In this document: positions 1 to 12,029 of the stretch, piece after piece
Layout: every line of letters starts with the position of its first letter
How positions within the stretch are numbered: the first letter of the stretch is position 1
From: Mustelus asterias
Taxonomy: Eukaryota
DNA length: 64,000 bases
Direction of reading: 5' to 3'
Assembly (NCBI RefSeq): GCF_964213995.1
Contig: NC_135816.1
Coordinates: 18,104,001-18,168,000 of the forward strand
Program-made: the position numbers and the translations under genes
The notes under the pieces: model-generated
Databases searched by the model: none
The model's input: only the letters and a program-made list of their open reading frames with translations
What the model was told of the DNA's origin: nothing

Positions 1-130
1 ATTCGGCCCATCGAGTCTGCACCGACCACAATCCCACACAGGCCCTATTCCCGTAACCCCTTATATTTACCCTGCTAACCCCCCTGACACTAGAGTCAAT
101 TTATCATGGCCAATCAACCCAACCCTCACA
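1..130 (-). mobile_element. HE1-type V-SINE, 3' part (cut by window edge)
   Basis: Reverse complement matches the 3' half of the full copy at 13372-13709 (GGGATTGTGGTCGGTGCAGACTCGATGGGCCGAAT). Confidence 0.8.
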
Positions 131-136
131 TATGAG

Positions 137-345
137 GCCTGAGAGATGGTGTAGAAGAGGTTTACCAGAGTGATACCAAGGATGAGGAACCTTAAGTATA
201 AGGAGAGTGTGGAAGAGGCAAGGTTGTCACCCTTAGAGCAGAGACGTTTAAGAGGAGATTTGATTGAGGTGCTCAAAGAATGACTGGTTTTGATAGAGTA
301 AATAAAGGGAAACTGTTTCCAATGGCAGAGGCTAACAATCAAACA
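137..345 (+). mobile_element. Degenerate CR1 LINE ORF2 C-terminal fragment
   Basis: Reads as RFTRVIPRMRNLKYKE...RRLRGDLIEVLK, the CR1 C-terminal motif also seen in the intact copies in this window. Confidence 0.7.
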
Positions 346-765
346 GGGGACTGAGTATTCTCAATGCTCAATTGAACTGGTAAAATATTATCAGGGTTTT
401 AAAAAAAATATCTTTGGATTTTTTTAAGGTCATGTGAGGAATGTTTATGTTAAAATAATGGTAGCTGACTGTTTATGAAAAGATTGGAAAGTTGACTGCA
501 GTTGAGGTATTTGCAAGATTGTACCAGGATAGGAACAGCAGAGAATTATAGTGGGTCCTCTTCTGGCAAACTTCCACAGGAGCTCGAGGAACAACAAGGC
601 AGGGCCATCTCAGTCCAACTTACACTCACTAAGTTACATCAGCATTCTTGATGGGATTTGATCTTAAAGTGCTTCAAAGCAATTTTTTCAGATTGAAGTG
701 ATACAAGATAAGATAAAAGATGCCAATTAGCATTTATATGAAAGAATGATCTGCATTTATACAGT

Positions 766-998
766 TAAAAGCAAAATGCTGCGGATGCTGGAATCTGAAA
801 CAAAAACAGAAAATGCTGGAAAATCTCAGCAGGTCTGACAGCATCTGTGGAGAGAGAATAGAGCCAACGTTTCGAGTCTGGATGACCCCTCGCCAGAAGT
901 CTGATGAAGGGTCATCCAGACTCGAAACATTGACTCTATTCTCTCTCCACAGATACTGTCAGACCTACTGAGATTTTCCAGCATTTTCAGTTTTTGTT
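766..998. mobile_element. Palindromic Penelope-like (PLE) terminal-repeat insertion with hammerhead cores
   Basis: Arms of about 100 bp (798-897 and 900-999) are inverted copies. CTGATGA...GAAA core at 901-928. Flanked by TGCATTTATA(C/T)AGT at 752-765 and 999-1012. Confidence 0.75.
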
Positions 999-999
999 T

Positions 1000-1712
1000 G
1001 CATTTATATAGTGCCTTTCACAACCTCAGGACATCTCAAAGCACTTCACAGCCACCGAGGTGTAGTCACAGTTGTGATGTAGGAAACAGCAGCCAATTTG
1101 CATACAGCAAATGAGCAATGAGACCATGGAGGGGGGGCGGTGGGGGGGGGGGGGCGGGGGGCGGAACGGATGTAAGAAACGACAAAGTGACAATGACCAG
1201 AGAATCTGTTTTTATGATGTCAGTTGAGGGATAAAATATTATAACCCTGATAATAAAATATTATCAGGGTTTTAAAAAAAAATCTTTGGATTTTTTTAAG
1301 GTCATGTGAGGAATGTTTATGTTAAAATAATGGTAGCTGACTGTTTATGAAAAGGCTGAGGTTAACTCCCCTCCTCTTATCCAAAATAGTGCCATGGGAC
1401 ATGAGGGCCGGAGTTTTCTTGTTGTTCATGCCAGTGGGATTTTTCTGGTCCCACTGCACTGAATGGAGATTGGGCTGAACACCAAATTCTCCGTACTCGC
1501 TGGGAGCGGCAACGGGACGTGAACGGCTGGAAAATGTCCGGCCATGATGTCCACCAAGAGGACAAATGATGCCTACGTTTAATGTTTCACCTCCAACAGT
1601 GCAGAACCATCTCAATACTACACCCGAGTGCAAGCCTTGATGTATTTTTGGCTGAAGTGGGATGTGAACCCATACGTCCGACTCAGAAATGACAGTGCTA
1701 CCAACTGAGCCG
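1000..1712 (-). mobile_element. Deu-domain (AmnSINE/SacSINE-like) SINE, interrupted by insertions
   Basis: Reverse-strand Deu-like blocks (GAGGGATAAAATATT, AATAGTGCCATGGGA, TTTAATGTTTCA) and a tRNA-like head near 1660-1712. Confidence 0.6.
1404..1543. mobile_element. MITE with GGCCGGA terminal inverted repeats
   Basis: Begins GGGCCGGAGTTTTC and ends GAAAATGTCCGGCC, with ATGA on both sides. Inserted in the Deu-SINE. Confidence 0.55.
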
Positions 1713-1714
1713 TA

Positions 1715-2125
1715 GCTGACTGCAATCCAGTTTGTGGCACATGTCTCTGAGTCTGAAGGCAGTGATTTAAGTTCCAAACTGAGACAGAAGCACAAAAACT
1801 TGGGATGACATTCCAATGCAATCGTAGTGGGAGGGTGTTACTGCACTGTTGGAGTGCTGCCTTTCAGATGAGACATTAAACCAAGGTTCTGTCTGCTCTC
1901 ACAAGCAGCTGTACAATTTCCCAAGGCACTATGTCAACCACCAAGAGTGGTGGAGTTATCCCTAATGTCCCGGCCATGATTTATCAATCAACATCATCAA
2001 AGCAGGTTTTCTAGTCATATTGCAGCTTGTGGGAGTTTGCTGAATGCAGTTCAGCTGACTACCTTACAACATTTCAAAGACACTTCATTGGTCATAAAAT
2101 ATTTCTTCATGAAAGGTGCCACCTG
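1715..2125 (+). mobile_element. Deu-domain SINE
   Basis: Core CTGCACTGTTGGAGTGCTGCCTTTCAGATGAGACATTAAACCAAGG and downstream Deu-like blocks. Head-to-head with the minus-strand copy. Confidence 0.65.
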
Positions 2126-2664
2126 AATGCGAATCTCTTTCTTTGTACCCACGATTACGCCACCAACCGTGGTTCTGACGCATGTACCTAGTGATAATTG
2201 AGAACAAGTGCCTTGTTGCCAAGGCATGCCATCTGCCACAAGGCAACCTGTGGCAAACCTGCACTACAGGCACCACTGGGGCTGTCAAGGTCACCACAGG
2301 GCACAATAGGGATCTTCTGCAGTGTGAGCCAATGTTCTGCCCACACAATTATCGAACATGCAGTTGATACTTCTGTCAGCATGACTGGTGTATTCCTTTC
2401 CATTCTCTCGAACAGCAGTGCCACCATAAAGCTGTACTTCTCATAGTGTAGGTGCAGGGAGCATTGAGGCAGCCATTTTGATCCCTTGGTCCTTTCCCTC
2501 TGCTGCTGATACTGTTTAAACATCCTATAAATGTATTATTTGCTTGAGTCTTAAAGATTGTGACACATTTTTTCATTTTCCCCTATACTTGTTTGAGAAT
2601 TTTTGTCCCCTCCTCTCCTCTCCTGAAGCAGTTATCTCAACAGCAACAACCTACATTTATATAG

Positions 2665-3786
2665 TGCGGGCAATTCTCCCAAAAAAATCTAAGTGTCGAA
2701 TTCACATAAAAATTGGAGTAAATCCCGCTGATTTTTCTAGCGGGAGTTTCAAAATGAATCTCCCACATTCCGTGCACAGCAAAGTGCCTCAGAGCTGAGA
2801 TTCAGGGAGCGGGGCCCATTCCCACTGGAGAGGCCGGCAGCATAGCGCTGAGCGAGCCACTGCACATGCTCCGGTCTGTCAGCACTGAGATCAGTGCATG
2901 CGCAGTGGCCCCGCACTGCCAGCCTCCTGATCGCCGGCCAGTCCTGTGACCCCTCGTTGCTGGCCCTTTGCCCACCCAAGGGCCGATGACTGCCCCTCCC
3001 CCACAACCGAACATGCCCGGGCCAGCCTCGATCCATCCCCATACCCAGCCCACCTCGATGTTCCCCCCGACGCCCGGAGCCCCAATCTCCCGATCACCCC
3101 CACTGGGCAGCCCTGACCATCCCCCTGGCAGTCCCATCAACCCCCCCACAGCCCCTCTCCCCTTGCCACCCCAGCAGACTGACCTTCCCCCCACCCCGAT
3201 GGCCAACCCCAATCACTGGCCTCCCTCCCGCTTTCACTCAGCCCAGTGACAGCAGAACCCCTCATCCCCATCGATCTCCCCCCCAGAGGCCTCGCCCCCA
3301 TTAGGCCACATCCCCTTGGCACTGCCCAATGCCCCTTGGACATTGCCAGTTTGCTCCTTGGGCAGTGCCAGGGAACTCAGGCTGGCATTGCCGAGGTGGT
3401 AATGTCCAGGGGGCAACACCCCCCCGGCGCTCGACCCTCTGGGGGCCCTTGATAGCCTCCCTTCACTCCAGCTCCCAGCAAGTGGAGCGCTATGCTAAAT
3501 CCCGCTGGAGTGAAAGACTCCTGGCAGTGGGGGAGATGCTAGCAGGCCTGGAGATTTCAGTCCCGAGCCCACGAATGATATTTAAAATAGATTGAAATGA
3601 GAATTTAAATTATTTACGCAGCTCCATGCCAAATCCTGGTGCAGAGCTGACAGTGCCAGAAATACGGTTTCCAGAGACACACGACGACTGTGGCGCCCAG
3701 CGGGGAGCCCACAAAATGGCCTCTGCTTGAGTTTCCTGGCCCACTGCGCTACAAAAGCAGTGCAGCGCTCTGGGAGAATAGCCTCC
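2665..3786. mobile_element. Non-autonomous TIR DNA transposon, probably PIF/Harbinger type
   Basis: Ends GGGCAATTCTCCCA / TGGGAGAATAGCC. It interrupts an L2 tail (CATTTATATAG | TGCCTTTAAT). The first ~200 bp are homologous to the element at 14019. Confidence 0.6.
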
Positions 3787-4261
3787 AATGCCTTTAATGT
3801 TGTAAAATGTTTCAAGGCAGCTCACAGGAGTATTATCAATCAAAACTTGTCACTGAGTCACAAGAGGTGATTTTGAGGCAGGGGACCAAAAGTTGAGTCA
3901 AAGAGGTAGCATTTAAGGAGTGCCCTAAAGGTGGAGAGGGAGGTACCGAGGTGGACAGGTTTAGGGAAGGAATTCTGCTGAGGGCAGAGTTGCAACTAGT
4001 GGAGTAATTAAAATCGGAGGATGCTCATGAACTCCGATGTGGAGGAAATCAGATATCTTGGCAAGTTTTGGTGCTTGAGGAGAATAATGGAACAATGAGC
4101 AGTGAGACCATGGCGGGGGGCGGGGGGGGGGGGGGCATATGGGGGGGCTGGGGAGGGGTGGGGGAACAGATGTCAAAGCAGGGATGAGAATTTTTGAATC
4201 AGGGTATTGCTTAACCAAGAGCCAATGGAGGGCAGTGAGCACAGGGATGATGGGTGAATGG

Positions 4262-4361
4262 AAACCAAAAGAGAAAACGCTGGAAAATCTCAGCAGATCT
4301 GGCAGCATCTGTAAGGAGAGAAAAGAGCTGACGTTTCGAGTCCAGCTGACCCTTTGTCAAA
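4262..4361 (-). mobile_element. PLE terminal-repeat fragment
   Basis: Same sequence as the 798-897 arm. Flanked by ATGG(G/A)TGAATGGAA on both sides. Confidence 0.7.
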
Positions 4362-5199
4362 TTATATTACATGGATGAATGGAACTTGGTGTGCACATAA
4401 TGATTCGAGCGGCAGAGTTTTAGATGACCTCAAGTTGATGGAGGGTGCAAGATCAGAGGGGAGGGTGGATATGAGGAGGCCAGTTGATCAATGCAATTGC
4501 AAAATCTCAAGGTAACAATGGGAGATGTCGTAATGTCACTGGAACTAATAATCTAGCAGCCCCGGAGGCACAGGTTCAAATCCCTCTACGGCAGTTGTTG
4601 GAATTTAAATTACATTAATTAGTAAGCAAATTAAATCTAGAATTGCAAGTTAGTTTCAGTAACTGTGTCATAAAACTATCATCAATTGTTACGTGAATGT
4701 TTTCCAGATATTTTCTTAGAACAGCATGTTCACAAGCCAGCCAGAGAGCAGGCTATACTCGACCTACTATTGTGCAATGAGACAAGCAATAACCTCATAG
4801 TGAAGGCTCCAGGTAGCAGCAATCATATGATATAGCTTTACAGAGGCAGAGTGCATCCACAACTAATGTTTTAAACTTCAATAAGGGCATTTATGAGGGC
4901 ATGAAATTAGAGCTAGCTAATCTGAACTGCCAAATGTGCTCAAGAGATAGACCAAGAGATGTTCAGTGGTGGACATTGAAAGGGATATTTCAGAACACAG
5001 AGAATAGACACATTCCAATGAGAATGAAAAATTCCAAGGGAAGTAGCCTAGGAAGTAGTTCCTACTTCCTAGGAACTTCCTCGGAAGTTAGGAAGTAGCC
5101 CATCATCCGTGGTTAACTAAAAAAAATTAGAGACAGCGGGTGGGATTTTCCACCCATTTTTTACGGTGGCTTGCCACTGGCCAGCGGTGGGTTCTTTGC

Positions 5200-5755
5200 T
5201 CTTGTCAGAGAATCTAGAACTAGGGGTCACTGTTTAAAAATAAAGGGTTGTTTATTTAAGACAGAGATGAGGAGAAATGTTTTCTGAGTGTCACGAGTCT
5301 CTGAACTCTCTTCCGCAAAAGGCAATGGAAGCAGAAACTTTGAATATTTTTAAGGTTGTCAGTGGAGATGTGCGAGGGAAGTTTTTTACACAGAGGGTGG
5401 TGGGGGCCTGGAGTGCACTGCCAAATGAGGTGGTTGAGGCAGACACGTTAGCGACATTTAAGACTTATCTGGATAGGCACATGGACAGGCGGGGTTTAGA
5501 GGGATACAGGCGGTTGGTCTAGGTAGGACATCATGATCGGCGAAGGCTTGGTGGGCCGAAGAGCCTCTTCCTGTGCTGAAACGTTCTTTGTTCTAGAAAG
5601 ATTCTTGATTAACAAGGGAGTGAAAGGTTATCAGGAGTAGGCAGGAATGTGGGGTTGAAGTTACAAACAGATCAGCCATGATCTTATGAAATGGCAGAAC
5701 AGGTTTGAGGAGCTGAATGGCCTACTCATGCTCCTAATTCATATGTTCGTATGTT
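5200..5755 (+). mobile_element. Two nested CR1 3' ends
   Basis: RTRGH...F...LNSLPQKAMEAETLNIFK is interrupted at ~5357 by a second CR1 3' end (FFTQRVVGAWSALP...TTCTTTGTTCT). The first copy resumes to a TATGT tail. Confidence 0.75.
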
Positions 5756-7186
5756 AAAATGCATTTGGTTGAATAATATCTCTTTCAGGAAGGAAAGCTG
5801 CCATCCTTACCTGGTCTGGCCTACATGTGGATAATTTTTAACTGACCTCTGAAATGGCCTAGCAAGCCATTCAGTTCAAAGGCAATTAGGGGTGGCCAGT
5901 GATGCCCACACCATGAAAGAACAAAAACATGAATAAGGTTTGTAGCAACAGATGAGCTGAGGCAGGGGTTGGGCAATGTTATGGAAGTAGAAATTGGTAA
6001 CGGCAAAGAGGTCAGGATCTCATCGTGTGTTCAAATATAATATCATTATTATGAAAGCTTTGGTTTAGCCTCCATTAAGCTGCCAGGAAGAAAATTGGGG
6101 TGGGATTTTCCAACCCCCACACTAGTGGGTATTGTTGCGGGCAGAATGAGAAAACTTGGAGAGCCGTTGACTTTCAGTGGCTGCCTGCAACAATTCTCAC
6201 TGGTGTCGGAGCCAGAAAATTCCCCCCAATGGAGCAGGTGTCCAGGGAACAGAATTTGTGAAGGAGTCCAAATACAATGGCTTCCCAATATTTAGCTCAT
6301 CCTGTGCTGGATTTTGGATAAGCAACCTGACAGCTGAGTGATAATGAAGGAGTGCAGAGAGGCAGTGCTGAGATAGAGCTGGGTAACTTCAGTGTACATG
6401 TGGACACCGAAGCTTTGTTTGCAGTGATGTTGCTGAGGGGCAGCCTGTAGATAAGAAACAGGAGAAGGACAAGGATTGACCCTTGGGGGACTTCAGAGTG
6501 GTGCAGAAATAGAAAGTAAAATCAGAGGCAGGTGGTTCTCTGGCGATGATTGGAGGGATAGGAATGGAACCAGGAGAGGGCATTCCCACCCAGCCAGACA
6601 ATGGTGGAAGGATGTTGCAGGAAGATGATGTGGTGATACCACAATGCCAAAGACTACAGACAGGCCAAAAAGGATGAGGAGGAGTAGTTTACCACTCTCA
6701 CACTCACCAGGGATAATATTCATGACTTTGCTAAAATAGATTTCAGTGCTGTAGCAAGGGCAGCGGTATGTTTGGAGGGATTCAATTGTGGAATTCTAAG
6801 AATAATGGGCCCCGTGTGGGACATTTCAAGGATGCTAGAGAGGAAATGGAAGTTTTGGATGGGCCAGTTTTTTGCAAGGATGGAGGGTTCAAGATTTGTC
6901 CTTCTGAGGAGAGGATTGAAGAGAGCAGGTTTGAAGGAGATGGGCAGAGTCAGGTAGGAAAGCACTGTGACAAGCAGCTTGGTGGCAATGGGATTGAGAA
7001 GGCTGCAGGAGATGGGTCTCAGGGACAAGATAACCTGGAGAGGATGCGAGGGGATATAGGAGAGAATCTCGAGTATAATGCAAATTCAGAGCTAGGACGG
7101 GGAAAATCTGAGAGGATGTTTGGCCCAGTGGACTAGAGAAGAGAGGGAAGTGGCAGAAATAGCTCAAGCTTAGTGACAAACAAACA

Positions 7187-7710
7187 CATAGAATCTCTAC
7201 AGTGCAGAAGGAGGCCATTTGGCCTATCGAGCTTGCAACAACAACAATCCCACCCAGGCCCTATCCCCATAACCCCACTTACCCCAGGGACTCCTCGTAC
7301 CTATTGTTGGAAATGAGAGCAGTTTAGACAATAGACATCTTGCAGGGCCCAAACAACCTCCGCTATCTTACCTAAGTGTCCATTATTTGTGGACAAACCG
7401 TGAAGGTGACTCTGGGAGGGAACTGGAACACAGTGCAGGAGGAGGCCAATCAGCCCATCAAATCTGCACCGACTCTCCGTCAGAGCATCTTACCCAAGCC
7501 CTCCCCTCCGCCCTATTCCCGTAACTCCATGTAACTAAGCATGGCCAATCCACCTAACCTGCACATCTTTGGACTGTGGGAGGAAACCAGGGCACTCGGA
7601 GGCAGACACGGGGAGAACATGCAAACTCCACACAGTCACCCAAGGCCAGAATTAACCCAGGTCTCTGGACATGTGAGGCAGCAGTGCTAACCACTGTGCC
7701 TCTGTACCAC
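7187..7710 (-). mobile_element. HE1-type V-SINE pieces
   Basis: tRNA-like head (GGCACAGTGGTTAGCACTGCTGCCTCAC), V-domain and CR1-type tail on the reverse strand. Confidence 0.75.
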
Positions 7711-7995
7711 CAGTGCACACTGCGGACTGTCTGATGTGACTGTTGGGGCACTGGACCAGAACTCCAAGTTACATCAGGAACGAGAATTTGACTCCAACAT
7801 TTTTTGGCATAAATGTGAGTATAAGATATTTCTCTCCAGGAGAAATCCCAGTGACAAAGTGTGGATGTTTTGTAATGAAACCTTCCCCCTACATTACTCA
7901 CCCAGCCAGGATCACTAATTGCAGCTTTTTCACTGCGGAACCCTTGCTGAGAAACATTCACTTTTCACAGATTTAGAATCAAACTCTGGATACAC

Positions 7996-8484
7996 AGAAA
8001 CATAGAAGATTGGAGCAGGAGGAGGCCATTCGGCCCTTCGAGCCTGCTCCACCATTTATTACGATCATGGCTGATCATCCAACTCAATAGCCTAATCCTG
8101 CGTTCTCCCCATAACCTTTGACCCCATTCGCCCCAAGTGCTGTATCCAGCCGCCTCTTGGGTACATTCAATGTTTCGGCATCAGTTACTTTCTGTGGTAA
8201 TGAATTCCACAGGTTCACCACTCTCTGGGTGAAGAAATGTCTCCTCACCTCCGTCCTAAATGGTCTACCCTGAATCCTCAGACTGTGACCCCTGGTTCTG
8301 GACACACCCACCATCAGGAACATCCTCCCTGCACCTTGTCTAGTCCTGTTAGAATTTTATAAGTCTCTATGAGATCCCCCCCCCCCTCATTCGTCTGAAC
8401 TCCAGCGATAACAATCCTAACCCAGTCAATCTCTCCTCATACATCAGTCCCGCCATCCCCGGAATCAGCCTGGTAAACCTTCGA
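7996..8484 (-). mobile_element. CR1 LINE 3' end
   Basis: ORF 8084-8323 reads SRTRGHSLRI...FFTQRVVNLWNSLP, followed by a CR1 3' UTR hairpin and TTCTATG tail. Confidence 0.85.
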
Positions 8485-8711
8485 ACTGATGGAAACATGG
8501 AACTCATATTGTTTGTCTAATCACTGTGCCTTGGAAGAGCTCATAAAGATATTTTGAAAGTGACAGATGTAGAAATTCTATTCTGAAAATTTCTGAGTTT
8601 TTAAACCTGTGGCTTTGCAGCAGCTGGAACAGCAGGTCTGCACTGCCCCCTTAAGGCTACAGGTAAAAACAGCAACTGATGATCGGAAACATGTTTGGAG
8701 CTGTAAAAATG

Positions 8712-8822
8712 ATGTGGAGATGCCGGCGTTGGACTGGGGTAAACACAGTAAGAGTTTTAACAACACCAGGTTAAAGTCCAAATAAACCTGTTGGACTTTA
8801 GCCTGGTGTTGTTAAAACTCTT
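8712..8822. mobile_element. PLE terminal fragment with inverted duplication
   Basis: Matches 50575-50659 in both orientations. Flanked by GCTGTAAAAATG at 8700-8711 and 8823-8834. Confidence 0.75.
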
Positions 8823-9782
8823 GCTGTAAAAATGCACATGGGATTGGCAAATTATAAAGATGGGAACTGAGACATTAGGGTGAGCAAGTGCTAAAGCTTT
8901 GTGCAATCCTTTGAGAGGCCCTCATTAAAATGTTGTGCGCAGTTCAGTGTCCCTAAATTTAAGAAGGGTGCCAAGGTCATAGGGGTGTACAGACAAGATG
9001 ATGCCAGGGCTGAGAGATTTTAATTGTGAAGGAAAATGAGAGAAATTTGCTCCTTTTCAGTACAGTGGAGAAGTGTCAAAGGAGTTCCAAATAATAAGAG
9101 TTAAACTTTGGTGATTCACTGACACATCATCATCGAAAGGCAAATTTATTTGTAGCATAAGGTGTGCGGGTTAGGTGGATTGGCCAAGTGAAATTGCCCC
9201 TTAGTGTCAGGGGGACTAGCTAGGGTAAATGCATGGGGTTATGGGGATAGGTCCTGGGTGGGATTGTGGTCAGTGCAGTCTCGATGGGCCGAATGGCCTC
9301 CTTCTGCACTGTCGGATTCTATGATTCTATATGGAATGCCAGTCCTGTGACGGTTTTGCCAATTTGTCTTGCCGGTTTTAAAAATTAAGACAAAAGGGGT
9401 GAGAATTGGAATTTATTTTCAGAGTTCTGACAGCGCTGGTTTCAAAAGAAAAAGTTGAACTTCATAGAATTCACAGAATCACAAAATTGTTACAGCACAG
9501 TAGGAGGCCTTTCAGCCCATCTTGTCTGAACTGGCTCTCTGAATGAGCAATATACTTAGTGTCATCCTCCCACCTGCTTCTCATAACCCTGCAAACTGTT
9601 CCTTTGCAAATAAAAGCCTAATTCTCTCTTGAACCTACCTCCACCACACTCTCATCAGTGCGATCCAGCCAATAACCACTTGCTCTGTGAAATAATATTT
9701 TTCTCAAATCGCTTTTGCTTCTTACCATTAATCTGCGCCCCCCCGCCCCCACCCCCGCCCCGCCCTTGTTCTCGATCCTTTA

Positions 9783-10083
9783 AGACCATAAGACATAGAA
9801 GCAGAATTAGGCCACTCGGCCCATCGAGTCTGCGCCGCCATTCAATCATGGCTGATATTTTTCTCATCCCCATTCTCCTGCCTTTTCCACATAACCCCAT
9901 ATCCCCTTATTAATCAAGAACCTATCTATCTCTGTCTTAAAGATACTCAATGACCTGGCCTCCACAGCCTTCTGCGGCAAAGACTTCCACAGATTCACCA
10001 CTCTCTGGCTGAAGAAATTCCTCTTCATCTCTGTTTTAAAGGATCGCCCCTTTAGCCTGAGGTTGTGCCCCCTGGTTCTAGTT
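9783..10083 (-). mobile_element. CR1 LINE 3' end
   Basis: Near-identical to 21861-22165 and 44102-44390 (TEMKRNFFSQRVVNLW). Confidence 0.85.
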
Positions 10084-10398
10084 TTAAGTTTTTAAAGTTT
10101 ATTTATCAGAGTCACAAGTAGGTTTACATTAACACTGCAATGAAGTTACTGTGAAAATTGCCTTGTTGCCACACTCCGGCACCTGTTCAGGTACACTGAG
10201 GGAGAATTTAGCATGGACAATGCACCTAACCAGCACATCTTTCAGGCTGTGGAAGGAAACCAGAGCATCAGGAGGAAACCCACACAGACACAGGGAGATC
10301 ATGCAGACTCCGCATGGACAGTGACCCAAGCCAGGAATCGAACCCAGGTCCCTGGCGCTATGAAGCAGCAGTGCAAACCACAATGCCACTGTGCCGCC
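10084..10398 (-). mobile_element. V-SINE, second tail type ending (TTTAAAAC)n
   Basis: Same head and V-domain as HE1, but the 3' tail is TTTTCACAGTAACTTCATTGCAGTGTTAATGTAA...AATAAACTTTAAAAC. Confidence 0.8.
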
Positions 10399-10799
10399 CT
10401 CGTGAGGGGGATCAGTTTCTCCCTATCATTTCCATTCTCGGCCTTCTTTTCTCCAAGGAAACTAGTCCCAACTTCTCTTGGATCTTTCCTAGTCCAGTAT
10501 CATCTTGAAATTTTATTGTCCTCATCACATATTTTATAGATCCCTTTTCTTAGATCTTGATGTGTTCTTGTGTTTATGCACCTTCAGCATTTGAGAAATC
10601 TATCGTGTCACATGCCTTAATTGTGTGGCCTTTCTTGGGTTGGCAAGATGTAACTAGTTGTGTGCCACATGGTTCATTCCTTGGGCCCTAACTATTTACA
10701 ATCTATAAAACAAAGAACAGTACAGCAGAGCAACAGGCCCTTCGGCCCACTAAGTCTACGCTGACACAGATGCCTCTCTAATCTAATATTTTCTTGCCT

Positions 10800-11780
10800 C
10801 TAGTTTCTATATTTATTTTCTCTACTTCAACTTCTTGTAGAAAGTGCCCCACCTGAGCACAGCTTTGGCGTGCTTGAATCTTAAGAGATTCCTTCCTGTT
10901 GATTCCCATCTTGTGTATTTTGGCTTCAATTCCATTTTGGGAAGCTTCTTTTGCGGCCAATTCTGTGGACACCATGTTTTAAACAGCAAGTTTTAGTGTT
11001 AAAGAGTGTTCAGTGAGCAATCATCTTTGAATTGCTTCATTTTGAAGTCCACAAACATGTCTGTCTTGCAGACTATCTTTGAGGGTTGAGACAAACTCGC
11101 AGTTCTTTGCTAATCTTCTCAGCATTTCAATGAACTGTGATATATTTTTGTCCACTTCTCGGTTCCGATGATGGACTCAGGATCTCTCAGCCATTATTAG
11201 TGGCTGAGGGGGAAATTAATTTCGAGAATTTTGGTCAGTCCCTCATATAGGTTTTTTTGACGACACGTATCAGGATGGACGAGGCTCTGCTGAAATGTAA
11301 AAGCTTTACACCTTATTATGCCTAGGAAAGTAACAACTATAGGTTCATAGAATCCTACAGTGCAAAAGAGGCCATTCGGCCCATTGAGTCAGCACCGACC
11401 ACAATCCCACCCAGGTCCCAACCCATAACCCCATGCAGTTTACCCTAGCTAGTCTCCCCCCCTCCCCCAACACTAAGGGGCAATCTAGCATGGTCAATTC
11501 ACCTAACCTGCACATCTTTGGGCTGTGGGAGGAAACCGGAGCGCCCAGAGGAAACCCACGCACACATGGGGAGAATGTGCAAACTCCACACAAACGGTGA
11601 CCCAAGACGAGAATTGAACCCGGGTCCCTGGCGCTGTGAGGCAGCAGTACTAACCATTGTGCCACCGTGCCACCCCTACCTTGTTCATAGCCAGATAACA
11701 TTGAAATCTCCCTTTGTAAGTATTCCGTGTTTCCACATTTTCTTCGAACGCCTCTACAGTGCCACCTTTGCCCAACATTG
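10800..11780 (-). mobile_element. Decayed Gypsy-type gag (K02A2.6-like group), split by a SINE
   Basis: Frameshifted minus-strand reading: GTVEAFEENVETRNTYKGRFQCYL...TFLGII...PQPLIMAER...ISQFIEMLRRLAKNCEF...LQDRHVCGLQNEAIQR*LLTEHSLTL...VSTELAAKEAS. Confidence 0.7.
11345..11675 (-). mobile_element. HE1-type V-SINE, full length
   Basis: tRNA-like A/B boxes, V-domain and GATTCTATGA tail. Confidence 0.85.
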
Positions 11781-12029
11781 CAGTTATCGATTATTAAATC
11801 GTAGTACTTTCTTTAACTTTTCCTCCCCTCTTATTTCTTTTTCTCGTCCTTATTAATTTGTATTATTTATTGTTCTGTTTTGTTTTAGTTGGATCTGTAG
11901 TTTTGGAACAAAAAATTCAAACAACTTCTTGGTAGGCATTCACACTTTTATTCCCGAAACAAGAATTCCCTCTCGTTTTTTTAAATTGGAGTAGTAGCTT
12001 CCCCTTTTCCAATTCCAATTCAAATGGGA

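Larger units (their letters stand above)
3787..7170 (-). mobile_element. Old L2 LINE (RT region and 3' end) with nested insertions
   Basis: Minus-strand translation LNPIATKLL...FKPALFNPLLRR...NWPIQNFHFLSSILE...LLLILFGLSVVF is a decayed L2 RT (LDPIPTKLL...NYRPISNLPFLSKVLE...LLDLSAAF). L2 3' tail near 2645 and 3790-4000. Confidence 0.65.

Noticed and set aside
2130-2520. Possible ancient Harbinger transposase remnant (AVKVTT)
   Set aside because: The match is too short and fragmentary to support without a profile search.
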